NCBI GenBank assembly: GCA_963663385.2
Contig: CAXXXD010000003.1
Location: 1,056,001-1,120,000, forward strand
DNA from: Oceanispirochaeta sp.
Lineage (GTDB): Bacteria; Spirochaetota; Spirochaetia; DSM-2461
Direction of reading: 5' to 3'
DNA length: 64,000 nt
Shown: positions 18,481 to 28,465 of the stretch, piece after piece
Layout of the letters: every line of letters begins with the position of its first letter
How positions within the stretch are numbered: the stretch's first letter is position 1
Made by a program: the position numbers and the translations under genes
The notes under the pieces: generated by a model
What the model was told of the DNA's origin: nothing
What the model saw: only the letters and a program-made list of their open reading frames with translations
The model's database searches: none

Positions 18481-19506
18481 ATGACGGAAGACAGTATACT
18501 GTCCGGATTACCCTACCAGGGAGAAGAACCGGCAGATAATCCCATCCGCCCGAAATTACTGGAAGAATTCCTTGGACAGGAAGATATAAAAAGTAACCTG
18601 AAGGTTTTTATCAAGGCAGCCAGGGATCGGCAGGAACCTCTGGATCATGTATTTCTTTCCGGCCCTCCGGGTCTGGGAAAAACAACACTTGCCGGTATCA
18701 TGGCAAACGAGCTGGGAGTGGAAACCAGGGTCACTTCCGCACCGGCACTGGATAAACCCAAGGATCTGGCTGGTCTGCTTACAACCATATCCGATAGAAC
18801 CGTTTTTTTTATCGATGAAATTCATCGTCTTAAACCGGCCATCGAAGAGATGCTCTACATTGCCATGGAGGATTATGAACTGGACTGGATTATTGGTCAG
18901 GGGCCTTCGGCCCGTACCATTCGTATTCCCGTACCTCCCTTTACCATGGTGGGAGCTACAACAAAACCGGGACGCGTCGCCAGTCCTCTGTATACCCGTT
19001 TCGGCATAAATGTAAGGATGAACTTCTACAATTATCAGGAACTTCAGCAGATTATCCGCAGGAGTGCGGCCATCCTGAAGATTACCATCACATCTGATGC
19101 GGCGGTATTGCTGGCAGGCTCCAGCAGGGGGACTCCCCGTGTGGCCAACCGGCTGCTCAGGCGTATGCGTGATTTTGCCCAGGTGGAAGGGGAGGGCATT
19201 ATTACAGAGGATATCGTCCGCTCCGGTTTACACCGTTTGCAGGTGGATGAAAAGGGGCTGGAACGGGTAGACCGAGAGATCCTCAGGGCTCTGATCGAGA
19301 AATACGGCGGCGGTCCTGTGGGAGCGGAAACCCTGGCCATATCCGTTGGAGAGGGGATTGACTCTCTGGAGGATTTCTATGAACCCTACATGATACAGCA
19401 GGGGTTTCTGAAAAGAACACCCCGCGGCCGGGTGGCAACACCCCTGGCCTATAAACATATTGGATTGGAACAAGGTAACGATGAAAATCAAGGACTTCTC
19501 TTTTAA
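18481..19506 (+). CDS. ruvB: Holliday junction branch migration ATPase RuvB
   Basis: [39 protein letters not shown]. Confidence 0.98.
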   Translation: MTEDSILSGLPYQGEEPADNPIRPKLLEEFLGQEDIKSNLKVFIKAARDRQEPLDHVFLSGPPGLGKTTLAGIMANELGVETRVTSAPALDKPKDLAGLLTTISDRTVFFIDEIHRLKPAIEEMLYIAMEDYELDWIIGQGPSARTIRIPVPPFTMVGATTKPGRVASPLYTRFGINVRMNFYNYQELQQIIRRSAAILKITITSDAAVLLAGSSRGTPRVANRLLRRMRDFAQVEGEGIITEDIVRSGLHRLQVDEKGLERVDREILRALIEKYGGGPVGAETLAISVGEGIDSLEDFYEPYMIQQGFLKRTPRGRVATPLAYKHIGLEQGNDENQGLLF

Positions 19507-20500
19507 TCTGCCCCAGGAACTGATTGCCCAGAATCCCCCGGAAGAAAGGGGAACCGCAAAGCTTATGGTTCTGGACAGGAAAGATAAAACTGTAAAACAC
19601 AGAAATATGCAGGATTTTCCGGAGCTGGTGGAGCCGGGAACCCTTGTGGTATTTAATAATTCCCGGGTACGTAAAGCCCGTGTATATGCTCATTCAGAAA
19701 CCGGAGGGAAGGTTGAGTTCTTCTTTCTGGAACAGGTGGATAAAACCCATTGGAAGTGTATGGTCTCAAAGGCCAAAAAACAGCGCAGAGGCAAAGTCCT
19801 CATCTTTCCCGGTGCTGTGAGAGGCACCATTCTGGAGGAGTTGTCCACAAACCACCGTCTGGTGGAATTCTCCGGCAGGATTGATGAGGAGTGGCTGGAG
19901 GAACATGGTCATATCCCTCTACCTCCCTACATCAAGCGGGAAGATACAGCTGACGACAGTGAGCGTTACCAGTCGGTTTTCTCCCGGGAGACAGGTTCTG
20001 TCGCTGCTCCGACAGCCAGCCTTCACTTTACTCAGGATATACTGGACAGGTTGGAAAAAAAGGGGGTAGAGACAGCATTCGTTACCCTCCATGTAGGACT
20101 GGGGACATTCGAACCTGTCCGCGCGGAATATCTGTTTGATCACAGGATGCATGAAGAACAGTTTTTTATCTCAGATGAAACGGCTGACAAGATTGAAAAG
20201 GCCAAAAGGGAAGGCCGGCCTGTTCTGGCTGTGGGGACCACCAGTATACGGACTCTGGAATCCGCCTGGCGGGAAGGTTCTCTTCACAGGGGATATAATT
20301 CCACCAGCCTTTTTATCTATCCCGGGTATGAGTTTAAAGTGGTAGACAGGGTTTTTACAAATTTTCATACACCCGAATCCACTCTGCTGGTACTGGTGTC
20401 GACCTTCGCCGGACAGGAGTATATCCGAAATGCCTATGCGGAAGCTGTAAAGGAGAAGTATAAGTTTTTCTCATATGGCGATGCAATGCTGATCTATTAG
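19481..20500 (+). CDS. queA: S-adenosylmethionine:tRNA ribosyltransferase-isomerase
   Basis: [58 protein letters not shown]. Confidence 0.97.
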   Translation: MKIKDFSFNLPQELIAQNPPEERGTAKLMVLDRKDKTVKHRNMQDFPELVEPGTLVVFNNSRVRKARVYAHSETGGKVEFFFLEQVDKTHWKCMVSKAKKQRRGKVLIFPGAVRGTILEELSTNHRLVEFSGRIDEEWLEEHGHIPLPPYIKREDTADDSERYQSVFSRETGSVAAPTASLHFTQDILDRLEKKGVETAFVTLHVGLGTFEPVRAEYLFDHRMHEEQFFISDETADKIEKAKREGRPVLAVGTTSIRTLESAWREGSLHRGYNSTSLFIYPGYEFKVVDRVFTNFHTPESTLLVLVSTFAGQEYIRNAYAEAVKEKYKFFSYGDAMLIY

Positions 20501-20514
20501 AAGGTATAGGCGGT

Positions 20515-21126
20515 TCAGTAGGTTGTTTCGTCCATGGACTGAAACTTTTCCCTGACTTCCTGAAGCCGCTTCAGTTCCCTTTCGAGGGTTCTGCCGTAAT
20601 TCAGTTCGCCTTCCTGTATTCTGCAGGATTCATCCTCCCAAAACTGAATTCCCTCGATAAACATCCAGGCAAATTTCCGATCCTGGGCTTTGGCTGACCA
20701 CTCAACGGCGTCTTCCCAGAAGTTCAGGGCGTATCGGTAGCACTCTTCTGCCGTATCCAGGCTGTCCAGGTTCGAGTATTTCCAGGGATAGTTATAGAAA
20801 TAGGCATTTCTCTTGTTGTATTTATTACCCAATTGGATATAACTGTCTATCAGGCGAAGGTTAACATGCATGTAAAAAAGGTAACGGTACTTTTCCCACT
20901 CCCTCTCATCCTCAATCTTTCCCAGGGCATTCAAAGGGTTGGCAAAATCCGAACGGAGGGCCATCCCCAGGTAATGGATGTTTTCCATGGAGTCTTCCGG
21001 ATACTGATACAGATGCTGATGATACAGCTTGTACCACTGTTCGGCATAGAGAATCTTATACGCCCAGAGCGGGTATGCTGTTAATAACAGGCAGATCATT
21101 ACTGCTGTTGTTTTTAGAGTTCTCAC
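20515..21126 (-). CDS. Exported, helical, Tyr/Trp-rich hypothetical protein
   Basis: GTG start; signal peptide ending LWA; follows tmk on the same strand. Confidence 0.8.
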   Translation of the reverse strand: MRTLKTTAVMICLLLTAYPLWAYKILYAEQWYKLYHQHLYQYPEDSMENIHYLGMALRSDFANPLNALGKIEDEREWEKYRYLFYMHVNLRLIDSYIQLGNKYNKRNAYFYNYPWKYSNLDSLDTAEECYRYALNFWEDAVEWSAKAQDRKFAWMFIEGIQFWEDESCRIQEGELNYGRTLERELKRLQEVREKFQSMDETTY

Positions 21127-21155
21127 AGTAACCTTATCGGCTTATCCGGGGAGAT

Positions 21156-21752
21156 TTATAAACCAAGGATACTCAGTATTTCCGAAGTTATGGCTTCGGG
21201 AGACATCTCACCGTTTATTCTCTGCAGAACATCCTTTTTATTATCCAGAGTGGAAAAGGCTCTTTCATAATTCCCGGCTACACGCTTTTGCAGCTGTTCC
21301 GTTTCGTATATATCCTCGCTGCTGCGCCTGCCCCTCCGTCTGGCAGAGGTTTCAAGGGAACACTCAAGGAACAGGCAGACATCGGGGTGGGGAAAATCCT
21401 TATTCAAATCCCAGACAGTTTCAAAGGGCAGATCAAGAGACTGATAAGCCAGGGAGGAGTAGAGGTAGCGGTCGCAGAAGACCCACTGGCCTTGTGACAG
21501 GTGTTTGCTGATTGCTTTCAGATGTTCTCTCCGGTCGGCTGCAAACAGCTGCGCCAGGGTCAGGAAATCCGCCTCTTCCCTTTTTTCGAGTACTGCCCGG
21601 GCTGCCTGACCGATAAATCCGTCGGATGGTTCGAAGGTAACCCAGCAGGGAATATCGTTTTTATTGCAGAAATCCTTCAGTCTTTTCAGCTGAGTGGTTG
21701 TCCCGGCACCGTCCAGACCTTCCAGAACAACAAATTTATTCTTTAAACTCAT
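21156..21752 (-). CDS. tmk: Thymidylate (dTMP) kinase
   Basis: FVVLEGLDGAGTTTQ, LFAADRREH, CDRYLYSSLAYQ; AAGGA SD before ATG 21752. Confidence 0.95.
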   Translation of the reverse strand: MSLKNKFVVLEGLDGAGTTTQLKRLKDFCNKNDIPCWVTFEPSDGFIGQAARAVLEKREEADFLTLAQLFAADRREHLKAISKHLSQGQWVFCDRYLYSSLAYQSLDLPFETVWDLNKDFPHPDVCLFLECSLETSARRRGRRSSEDIYETEQLQKRVAGNYERAFSTLDNKKDVLQRINGEMSPEAITSEILSILGL

Positions 21753-21798
21753 ATAGTGTCCTTGCGTATTCATTGTATTACGATAGAATAATACACAA

Positions 21799-23265
21799 AT
21801 GCGCATTCTGACCATACTACTAATTACATACTTGACTGTTCCGCCCCTGTTTGGTCAGTCCTCAGACCGAATCGAGATGAGCCGGGATGTGGAATATTAC
21901 AGGAATACCGGACCGGATACGCCCCTGCCCGATGTTTATATGCCGGTAAACTATCCGGAGCTTACGGATAGTACATTAAATATAACCCTATCACTTGATA
22001 AATGGGGACCTGAACAGAGAAAAGCGCTTCAGCAATATGTAATCCTGGATCCTTATGAGTTTTTGCTGCCGGTTCCCGGGGTTTCCCGCCGGATATCCGA
22101 TCAGAAACTTTCAGATCTGTTTCTGAAGTGTTCAGCCCGGACAGGTATGCTTGCCTCTCTGGAACAGAATATGAAAAAGAATCCTTCTGAAATCTTCTTC
22201 AGTGCCTATACGGACTGGCCTGATAGGAATCTGAGCACTCCCCAATGGATCAGCGGGGGGTATCACTACCAGGATCGTTCTGATATAAAAACAGGCGCTG
22301 CTTTCCGTAGCGGCACAAAAAACTCATTATACGGATTTGGAAGTTTTAAAGACAGTTACAGTTCTCCGGTCTTTCAGTTTATCCCGGATTTATTCTGTGT
22401 TCTCAGGTCTGGACGGGAGGGGGTAGAGGAGATCCGCTCCAATATCCGCACAGACCTGATCCTAACTGACAACCCCTGGTCTCCCAGGGTGGAGCTGGAA
22501 GGGGGCGGCTACTGTCAGGATGAATTCCCCAATGGAGATTATCGGATCCGCGGGGGAGTCGGAGCTTCCCGGCAGGGGGGGGGCAAAAGTGATCTCGAAT
22601 GGAGAAGCGATGCGGTTCTATCCCTTTCCTACAAGAATAATGATCATTCCCTTCAGTTCTCCGGAGAAGGTAACCTTATTTTCGTAACACCCGGAGATAT
22701 CAGTTTTTTTCTAGGTATAAAGCGGGATGATCCGGACTGGGAGTCACGGCTGTATCTGGGATTGTATGAGGATAATCCGGATGGCTTGTTTCAGTTCTCC
22801 TCCTGTCAGGACGGAGGAGCCGGTTTCTTTTTGAAAAACTCCCTCTGGGAGTATTATATGAAAGGCGGTGTCCGTTGGGGAGAGTTCATTGAACAAACCG
22901 ATTCTGTCTATATCACGGAAAATGGTTTAATCTCCTACGGGGATATGCAAATTCGCTATAAAAAAGAGTCTTTGCCGGTAACCGATATATCCTTTCATGC
23001 CGAACATTTAAGTAAGAATGATTTGCAGTTTAAAGGGGAAGTCCTCTGGTATTTTCGGGAAAGCAGCTGGAGCGCCGGTTTCAGGTTTGGTCATTACAAC
23101 CCTGTTGCAGCCGATTTAAATACTCTTGTGGTGAATGAAAAGTTCCTGTATGGTCTTTCTACAACATGGAAGGGTTGGGATAGTACACAGCTTACCCTGT
23201 TTACTGATTGCTACCCGGATGAACAACTGCTGGATGGAGGCGTGTCACTCTGGTTGTCTTATTAG
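21799..23265 (+). CDS. Exported protein, putative outer-membrane beta-barrel
   Basis: Signal peptide; beta-strand-like aromatic-rich body; C-terminus GGVSLWLSY resembles a beta-signal. Confidence 0.6.
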   Translation: MRILTILLITYLTVPPLFGQSSDRIEMSRDVEYYRNTGPDTPLPDVYMPVNYPELTDSTLNITLSLDKWGPEQRKALQQYVILDPYEFLLPVPGVSRRISDQKLSDLFLKCSARTGMLASLEQNMKKNPSEIFFSAYTDWPDRNLSTPQWISGGYHYQDRSDIKTGAAFRSGTKNSLYGFGSFKDSYSSPVFQFIPDLFCVLRSGREGVEEIRSNIRTDLILTDNPWSPRVELEGGGYCQDEFPNGDYRIRGGVGASRQGGGKSDLEWRSDAVLSLSYKNNDHSLQFSGEGNLIFVTPGDISFFLGIKRDDPDWESRLYLGLYEDNPDGLFQFSSCQDGGAGFFLKNSLWEYYMKGGVRWGEFIEQTDSVYITENGLISYGDMQIRYKKESLPVTDISFHAEHLSKNDLQFKGEVLWYFRESSWSAGFRFGHYNPVAADLNTLVVNEKFLYGLSTTWKGWDSTQLTLFTDCYPDEQLLDGGVSLWLSY

Positions 23266-23284
23266 ATTTTACCGTTTGATCGTT

Positions 23285-24076
23285 ATGAAAAAAGCTGTAT
23301 TCCTCTCAATTTTGATTCACACTCTGCTTTTTACTCTGGCGCTATACCTCCTTCCCAAACCTGTGAAAATGGACGTCTACAGGGTTCTCAGGATCAATTT
23401 TGAACAGGCTCTGGAACATGAGTCAATAGAGAATACGGTGATACCTGAACTCCGGGAACCCCTGCAGGATATAGATGTACCGGAAGTTATATCGGAAATG
23501 ACTGAGCCTGAAATAATAGTATCTGAACAGGAAGCCATCCCTGTACTTCAGAAAGAAACTGTCATTTCCGAGAAAAAAAATCCTGCCCTGCAGAATCCTG
23601 TTGAGGAAGAAAAGGATTTTCCGGAAAATATACCTGATGGCACAGGTTCATTAATCACTGATTCTGATACAATAACTAATGAGAAAAGTCCCGCGGCGCT
23701 TCCGTCCGGGCAGGATGAAATGGTCGATGTCAGACAATCCGGTGAAATAACACAGGATGAGAAAAATAATAGTCCCCTGGAAATCAGCTGGGCAGATGGA
23801 AAAAACAGGGCTCTTCTCAATGGTGATTCACCACAGGTGGACACATCAGGAAACAGCCTTCTTATGGATACGGTCCGGATCTGTTTTATAGTGCAGTTCG
23901 ACGGGACTGTTTCCAATGTCCGGATTGTTCCTCCCGGGAGTAACAGTTTTCAGGTTGACAGGCAGCTGAGGGAGTGGGCGAATCTTCTCCTGTTTGAAAA
24001 ACGGGAAGAGAACGATTCTGCTGCGGAAGGAATTATAACGATTAATCTGAAAGTCAGGGAGTACTCCCTGCCATGA
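23285..24076 (+). CDS. TonB-like protein (TM anchor, acidic Pro/Glu linker, TonB C-terminal-like domain)
   Basis: TM with S-x3-H (SILIH); C-terminal VRICFIVQFDGTVSNVRIV..GS...VDRQLREW..LLLF. Confidence 0.7.
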   Translation: MKKAVFLSILIHTLLFTLALYLLPKPVKMDVYRVLRINFEQALEHESIENTVIPELREPLQDIDVPEVISEMTEPEIIVSEQEAIPVLQKETVISEKKNPALQNPVEEEKDFPENIPDGTGSLITDSDTITNEKSPAALPSGQDEMVDVRQSGEITQDEKNNSPLEISWADGKNRALLNGDSPQVDTSGNSLLMDTVRICFIVQFDGTVSNVRIVPPGSNSFQVDRQLREWANLLLFEKREENDSAAEGIITINLKVREYSLP

Positions 24077-27000
24077 ACAAGCTTTCTCGTCTGTTCCCGC
24101 ATATAATACAGATTTTGCTGGTGCTCCTGTCAATATGGGGCAGTTATCTCGGATTTAATCGAATTAAGCAGAATACCGATGCTCTTATGATCGGCCTGAA
24201 AAGCCGTGTAATCATTTCTGTTGAAGAATTGCTGGGATATCAGATCGGGTATGAGGAAATATCCCCCTCATTTCTCAGTTTTTTTGAAATTCGCGATCTC
24301 TCCCTGACTCATCCGGAAACCGGGGAGCAAATTCTGCAGATCAGGAATCTGAAGCTGTTTTACAACCCTCTGAGCTATTTTCTGAAACCCTCCGGGAACG
24401 TACTCATTTCCCATATAAATATAACCGGATTAACCCTGTCATTCGATTCGGAACGGGACCAGAGGCTTTCGGAACTCTTCTCATCATCCGGAAGGGATAA
24501 CCGTTCTTCCGGGCCACTCGATTTAAGCCGTTATTTTTCAGGTCGTATTCGTATACGGTCCTGGTCGTTACATTACCGCGGTCCAGAGGAATCGATACTG
24601 TTCGAAGGTAATACGTTAACTCTGAAGCAGCAGGATGATTACATGAGGGTAAAGCTGAATGGACATTTCAGCTTTATCCGTTCTGCTTCAGATTTCCCGC
24701 TGGGTAGAATCGTTTTCGATGTATCCATAACCGGAAACCTTCAGAACAACCTGGGTGGATTTAACCTGATTGGAGACTTCCGGGATGTTCAGTCCAACCT
24801 TTTTGACATACCCCGGCAGGAGTTGAATCTACGTTTTGACGGAAACGAATTTAAGCTGGCTAAAGTTCGGGACAGACAGCCTTATGATATGAATCTGGTT
24901 TTTAAAAGCAATAAACTTAGAGTGGATTTCAATGCCGATCAATTCTCACCAGGTAAAATCATAACCCTGAAGGGTTCTCTCGAAAGTTTCGATCCCTGGT
25001 TATCGACAATACTGTCCGGGACGGGGCATTTTGAAATATCCCTTGATGAAGGTTCAATGCTGTATGGTTACGATGGAACGGCTTTTGTAAAAAACGAAAT
25101 TCTTCCTTTTCCGGTAAATGCTGAAATCAGGGCTAACGGCAATGAAAGTATCCTTTTTGCAGATCAGCTTACGGTTTCTACTGTATACGGAACCTATGCT
25201 TTTTCCGGAGAGTGGGCTTTCCTTGATAAATTCCCGAAAGGAGAGCTGTCGTTCTTTCAGATGCCGGTGTTGGGAGATATTACAATGGAGGGGAATCTGT
25301 TTCTCGGGGAGGTTGAAGACTATTTCTACATAAGATCAGAGAATCTTGAGCTGAGCAGCGGATGGCATCCGGGAAATCTGAAGGTTCTGATCTCCCGTAA
25401 TGGAGATTCTTTTGTCTATTCCCTGCGTTCGGATCTCAACCCTTCCAATTCGTTTAGGGATCAGATTCTATTGAATGGGGAATTCTCATTTAATGAAACC
25501 TTTCGTTTAAAATCTTCGTATGTCATTAACCAGTTCAGCATGGAGACCCTCAGGGCCTTTCTCCCTGTCGATCAGGATGTACTTTCCAATCCCCTGCTTG
25601 GAAATCTGGTGCTGCAGACAGATGGAAACCTTACTGTTGATGGCAGAGATTATTATATCAGGATGCAGGATCTCCGAATCAGTTCTCCCGACGGGAACAG
25701 AAATCTGAAATGCCGCGGGTTTATATCTCCTGAAGAGTTTGAAATTTTTTCTCTGGAGATGAACTGGGATGATAATTATCTGCTCGGATCACTTCAGGGG
25801 CTTTTGACTCAAGGTGAGATCAATCTGGAATCCACATGGAATCTGAATAACAATACCTATCTTGTAAACAGTGTATATTCGGATGGCAAATTGTCGTTTA
25901 TCGGGAACTACGGTCTTAAAGGACAGGTCTATAAGGACCCCTCCTCAGGTTTTCTCGCTACAGTAGAAACCAGTAACTATCCCCTTACATGGAACGGGCA
26001 GAACCTCCGTTCATCCCTCAATTTGAGGGGGCGGTACCGGAATGATGATTGGGAGTTATATCTGAAAGATTCGGAATTCCTCTGGGAGAATTCTGATATC
26101 CTGATGAATCCAGCCCTTAAGCTTACTGCATATGTGGCACCCGGAGCCGCCAATATCTTTTCCATGGAGTACAGGGATGATTTTTCTGTGCTGAAAGGAA
26201 GCGGTTCTCTCTTCTACGACCTTAACCAGAATATTTTTAATGGCAGTATAAATTTGAGTGAAGGAAAATCTGGTTCAACTAATGAAACCTATTCTGTTTA
26301 CTGTGTTTATAATGACGGGATCCTTTCATCCACTCTGCAGATTCAAAATGCCCTCCTTGACCGTTTCGCCCGGTCTGGATTAAAGGGGGCGGTTGATTCT
26401 GATGTAACCATTGACGGATCTCTTACCGCCCCCGTTATTGAAGGGAGTCTTGCCTCCAGTAATTTTGAGTATGGAGGCAACCAGATGGCTTTCAACGGAC
26501 GCTTTCAACTTAACAGGGAACGGATCGAGTTATATGACATCAATGTCAAAAGAAATAGTGTAACCTTGTCCCGTGGGTTGGGGTTTTTTAATTTTCGGGA
26601 AGGCAATCTGATGCTGACAACAAGAGTGAGTACGGACAGCGGAGGAGAAGAAGGAGGAAGTCGGAAACTGCCCGTAGAAACAGGGTTGACTATTATGATA
26701 GATTTGCAGGATGCCGTTGAATTCAATCAGTTGAAAAGTCTGGCGGAACGGGATTTTACAGGAAGATTCAGAACCCATCCGATTCAGTGGAACGGAATTG
26801 TAACCTATCCGGCCCGGGTTGTTGAGTTTGAACGGAAAGGGATGGAGCTTGCAGGACGTTTGCTGAGTGATTCATCCCAGAAATTTCGTTATAACCTGAA
26901 TAATAAAAATATCGAGATCGAAATAGGGGATTCCTTTCCTGTTTCCTTCAGTATGAAAGGGAACCTTGATCCGGAACAGCTGGATATGGACTTCAGCAAT

Positions 27001-28449
27001 GTTAGAATTAACCTGAATACCATAAATTATTTTATGCCCAAGGACAGGGCGCTGGATGGGCGGTATGTTGTTTTCAGAGAAAACAGTGCCATGGAAGGGG
27101 CGTTGCATATTGGCGGGACATGGGCTAATCCCGATTTTGAGGGAGTGCTTGACAGCCGCAGACTTCTGGTTCTGACTCCCTATGTAAATGATGAGATTGG
27201 AGAAACGGATATTCATTTAAATTTGAAGGGTAACCGGATTGAGACCAATCAATTTATTGTACCCATAGGAGAAGGTCAGCTTATCGGCGAAGGGTATCTG
27301 AATTTAAGCGGTTGGGGTATCGGAGACTACTCACTCAGCGTTAGGGCTGAAGGAAAACCGGGAACACCTTTTGATTACAATGCCTATGGGGTGCAGGCCA
27401 GTGGCGCTTTTACCGGGAATGTACGACTTTTCGGAACAAACCAGCAGGGGGGACTGGAGGGAACTCTGGTTTTTAATGAACTGCTGGGATCTCTGGGTGA
27501 AAAAACCGAGCTGATTGCAAAAGAGGGCAATACGGTAAGATATCCCTTTACGCTTGATCTGAAGTTCGTTACAGGACGGAATGCCATGTTTATCCTGCCG
27601 AATCCGCAGCTGGCTATAGCCACAGCAACAGCCGAGCAGGGCGAACAGATAAACCTCACTCTGGATACCCTCAATGATACCTTTTCTTTAACCGGGGCGG
27701 TGAATATCAGGAATGGTGAGATTAACTATTTCGACCGGTCCTTCGAACTAACGGAGGGATCCATTACATTCAATGAGAATGAGGATCTGTTTAATCCCTT
27801 TGTGAATATGGAAGCGGAAATTGAAACAACCGATATTGATGGGAATGATGTGACAGTATATCTGATATACCGGAATGCTGTTCTGGATGATTTTACGCCG
27901 ATTATGCGTTCTGATCCGCCCCGAACAGATGAACAGATTATGGCTTTATTCGGTCAGAGCCTGATTCCCTATGATACGGAAGAGGTGGATTTATCCAAAC
28001 TAGTGCTTGCGACAGGAGGAATGGTTAGTGAATATGCTCTGGTAGAACCTTTTGAAAGTGCCTTGAAGGATTCCCTGAAACTGGATAGTGTTACCATCAA
28101 AACGGAAATATTGGAGAATGCCCTGCTGAATCAGCTTGAGGGCAGTACGTATACAGGTTCGGATTCCTATAATCTGGGAAAATACCTGGATAATACAAGT
28201 ATCCATATGGGTCGCTTTATTGGAGATTACCTATTCTTTTCAGCAGGTATTCTTGTTGATTACGATGAACTGAATGGTATAAACTCCTACACGGGCGGAA
28301 TGACCTTTGTTCCGGACCTGACTTTGGAGATGAGAACCCCGTTTTTTCTGGTTGCGTGGAATTACAACCAGGAAAATTCTACAGATATAGATAACACAGA
28401 TTTTGTGCCAAGAAATTCAATAAGCCTGGAATGGCAGTTTTCTTATTAA
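24073..28449 (+). CDS. tamB: Translocation/assembly module protein TamB (AsmA-like)
   Basis: 1458 aa; N-terminal TM; DUF490-like C-terminus (GEINYFDRSF..GSITF...FNP...SDPP); directly upstream of bamA. Confidence 0.88.
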   Translation: MNKLSRLFPHIIQILLVLLSIWGSYLGFNRIKQNTDALMIGLKSRVIISVEELLGYQIGYEEISPSFLSFFEIRDLSLTHPETGEQILQIRNLKLFYNPLSYFLKPSGNVLISHINITGLTLSFDSERDQRLSELFSSSGRDNRSSGPLDLSRYFSGRIRIRSWSLHYRGPEESILFEGNTLTLKQQDDYMRVKLNGHFSFIRSASDFPLGRIVFDVSITGNLQNNLGGFNLIGDFRDVQSNLFDIPRQELNLRFDGNEFKLAKVRDRQPYDMNLVFKSNKLRVDFNADQFSPGKIITLKGSLESFDPWLSTILSGTGHFEISLDEGSMLYGYDGTAFVKNEILPFPVNAEIRANGNESILFADQLTVSTVYGTYAFSGEWAFLDKFPKGELSFFQMPVLGDITMEGNLFLGEVEDYFYIRSENLELSSGWHPGNLKVLISRNGDSFVYSLRSDLNPSNSFRDQILLNGEFSFNETFRLKSSYVINQFSMETLRAFLPVDQDVLSNPLLGNLVLQTDGNLTVDGRDYYIRMQDLRISSPDGNRNLKCRGFISPEEFEIFSLEMNWDDNYLLGSLQGLLTQGEINLESTWNLNNNTYLVNSVYSDGKLSFIGNYGLKGQVYKDPSSGFLATVETSNYPLTWNGQNLRSSLNLRGRYRNDDWELYLKDSEFLWENSDILMNPALKLTAYVAPGAANIFSMEYRDDFSVLKGSGSLFYDLNQNIFNGSINLSEGKSGSTNETYSVYCVYNDGILSSTLQIQNALLDRFARSGLKGAVDSDVTIDGSLTAPVIEGSLASSNFEYGGNQMAFNGRFQLNRERIELYDINVKRNSVTLSRGLGFFNFREGNLMLTTRVSTDSGGEEGGSRKLPVETGLTIMIDLQDAVEFNQLKSLAERDFTGRFRTHPIQWNGIVTYPARVVEFERKGMELAGRLLSDSSQKFRYNLNNKNIEIEIGDSFPVSFSMKGNLDPEQLDMDFSNVRINLNTINYFMPKDRALDGRYVVFRENSAMEGALHIGGTWANPDFEGVLDSRRLLVLTPYVNDEIGETDIHLNLKGNRIETNQFIVPIGEGQLIGEGYLNLSGWGIGDYSLSVRAEGKPGTPFDYNAYGVQASGAFTGNVRLFGTNQQGGLEGTLVFNELLGSLGEKTELIAKEGNTVRYPFTLDLKFVTGRNAMFILPNPQLAIATATAEQGEQINLTLDTLNDTFSLTGAVNIRNGEINYFDRSFELTEGSITFNENEDLFNPFVNMEAEIETTDIDGNDVTVYLIYRNAVLDDFTPIMRSDPPRTDEQIMALFGQSLIPYDTEEVDLSKLVLATGGMVSEYALVEPFESALKDSLKLDSVTIKTEILENALLNQLEGSTYTGSDSYNLGKYLDNTSIHMGRFIGDYLFFSAGILVDYDELNGINSYTGGMTFVPDLTLEMRTPFFLVAWNYNQENSTDIDNTDFVPRNSISLEWQFSY

Positions 28450-28465
28450 GATCGAAGGAGTATGA

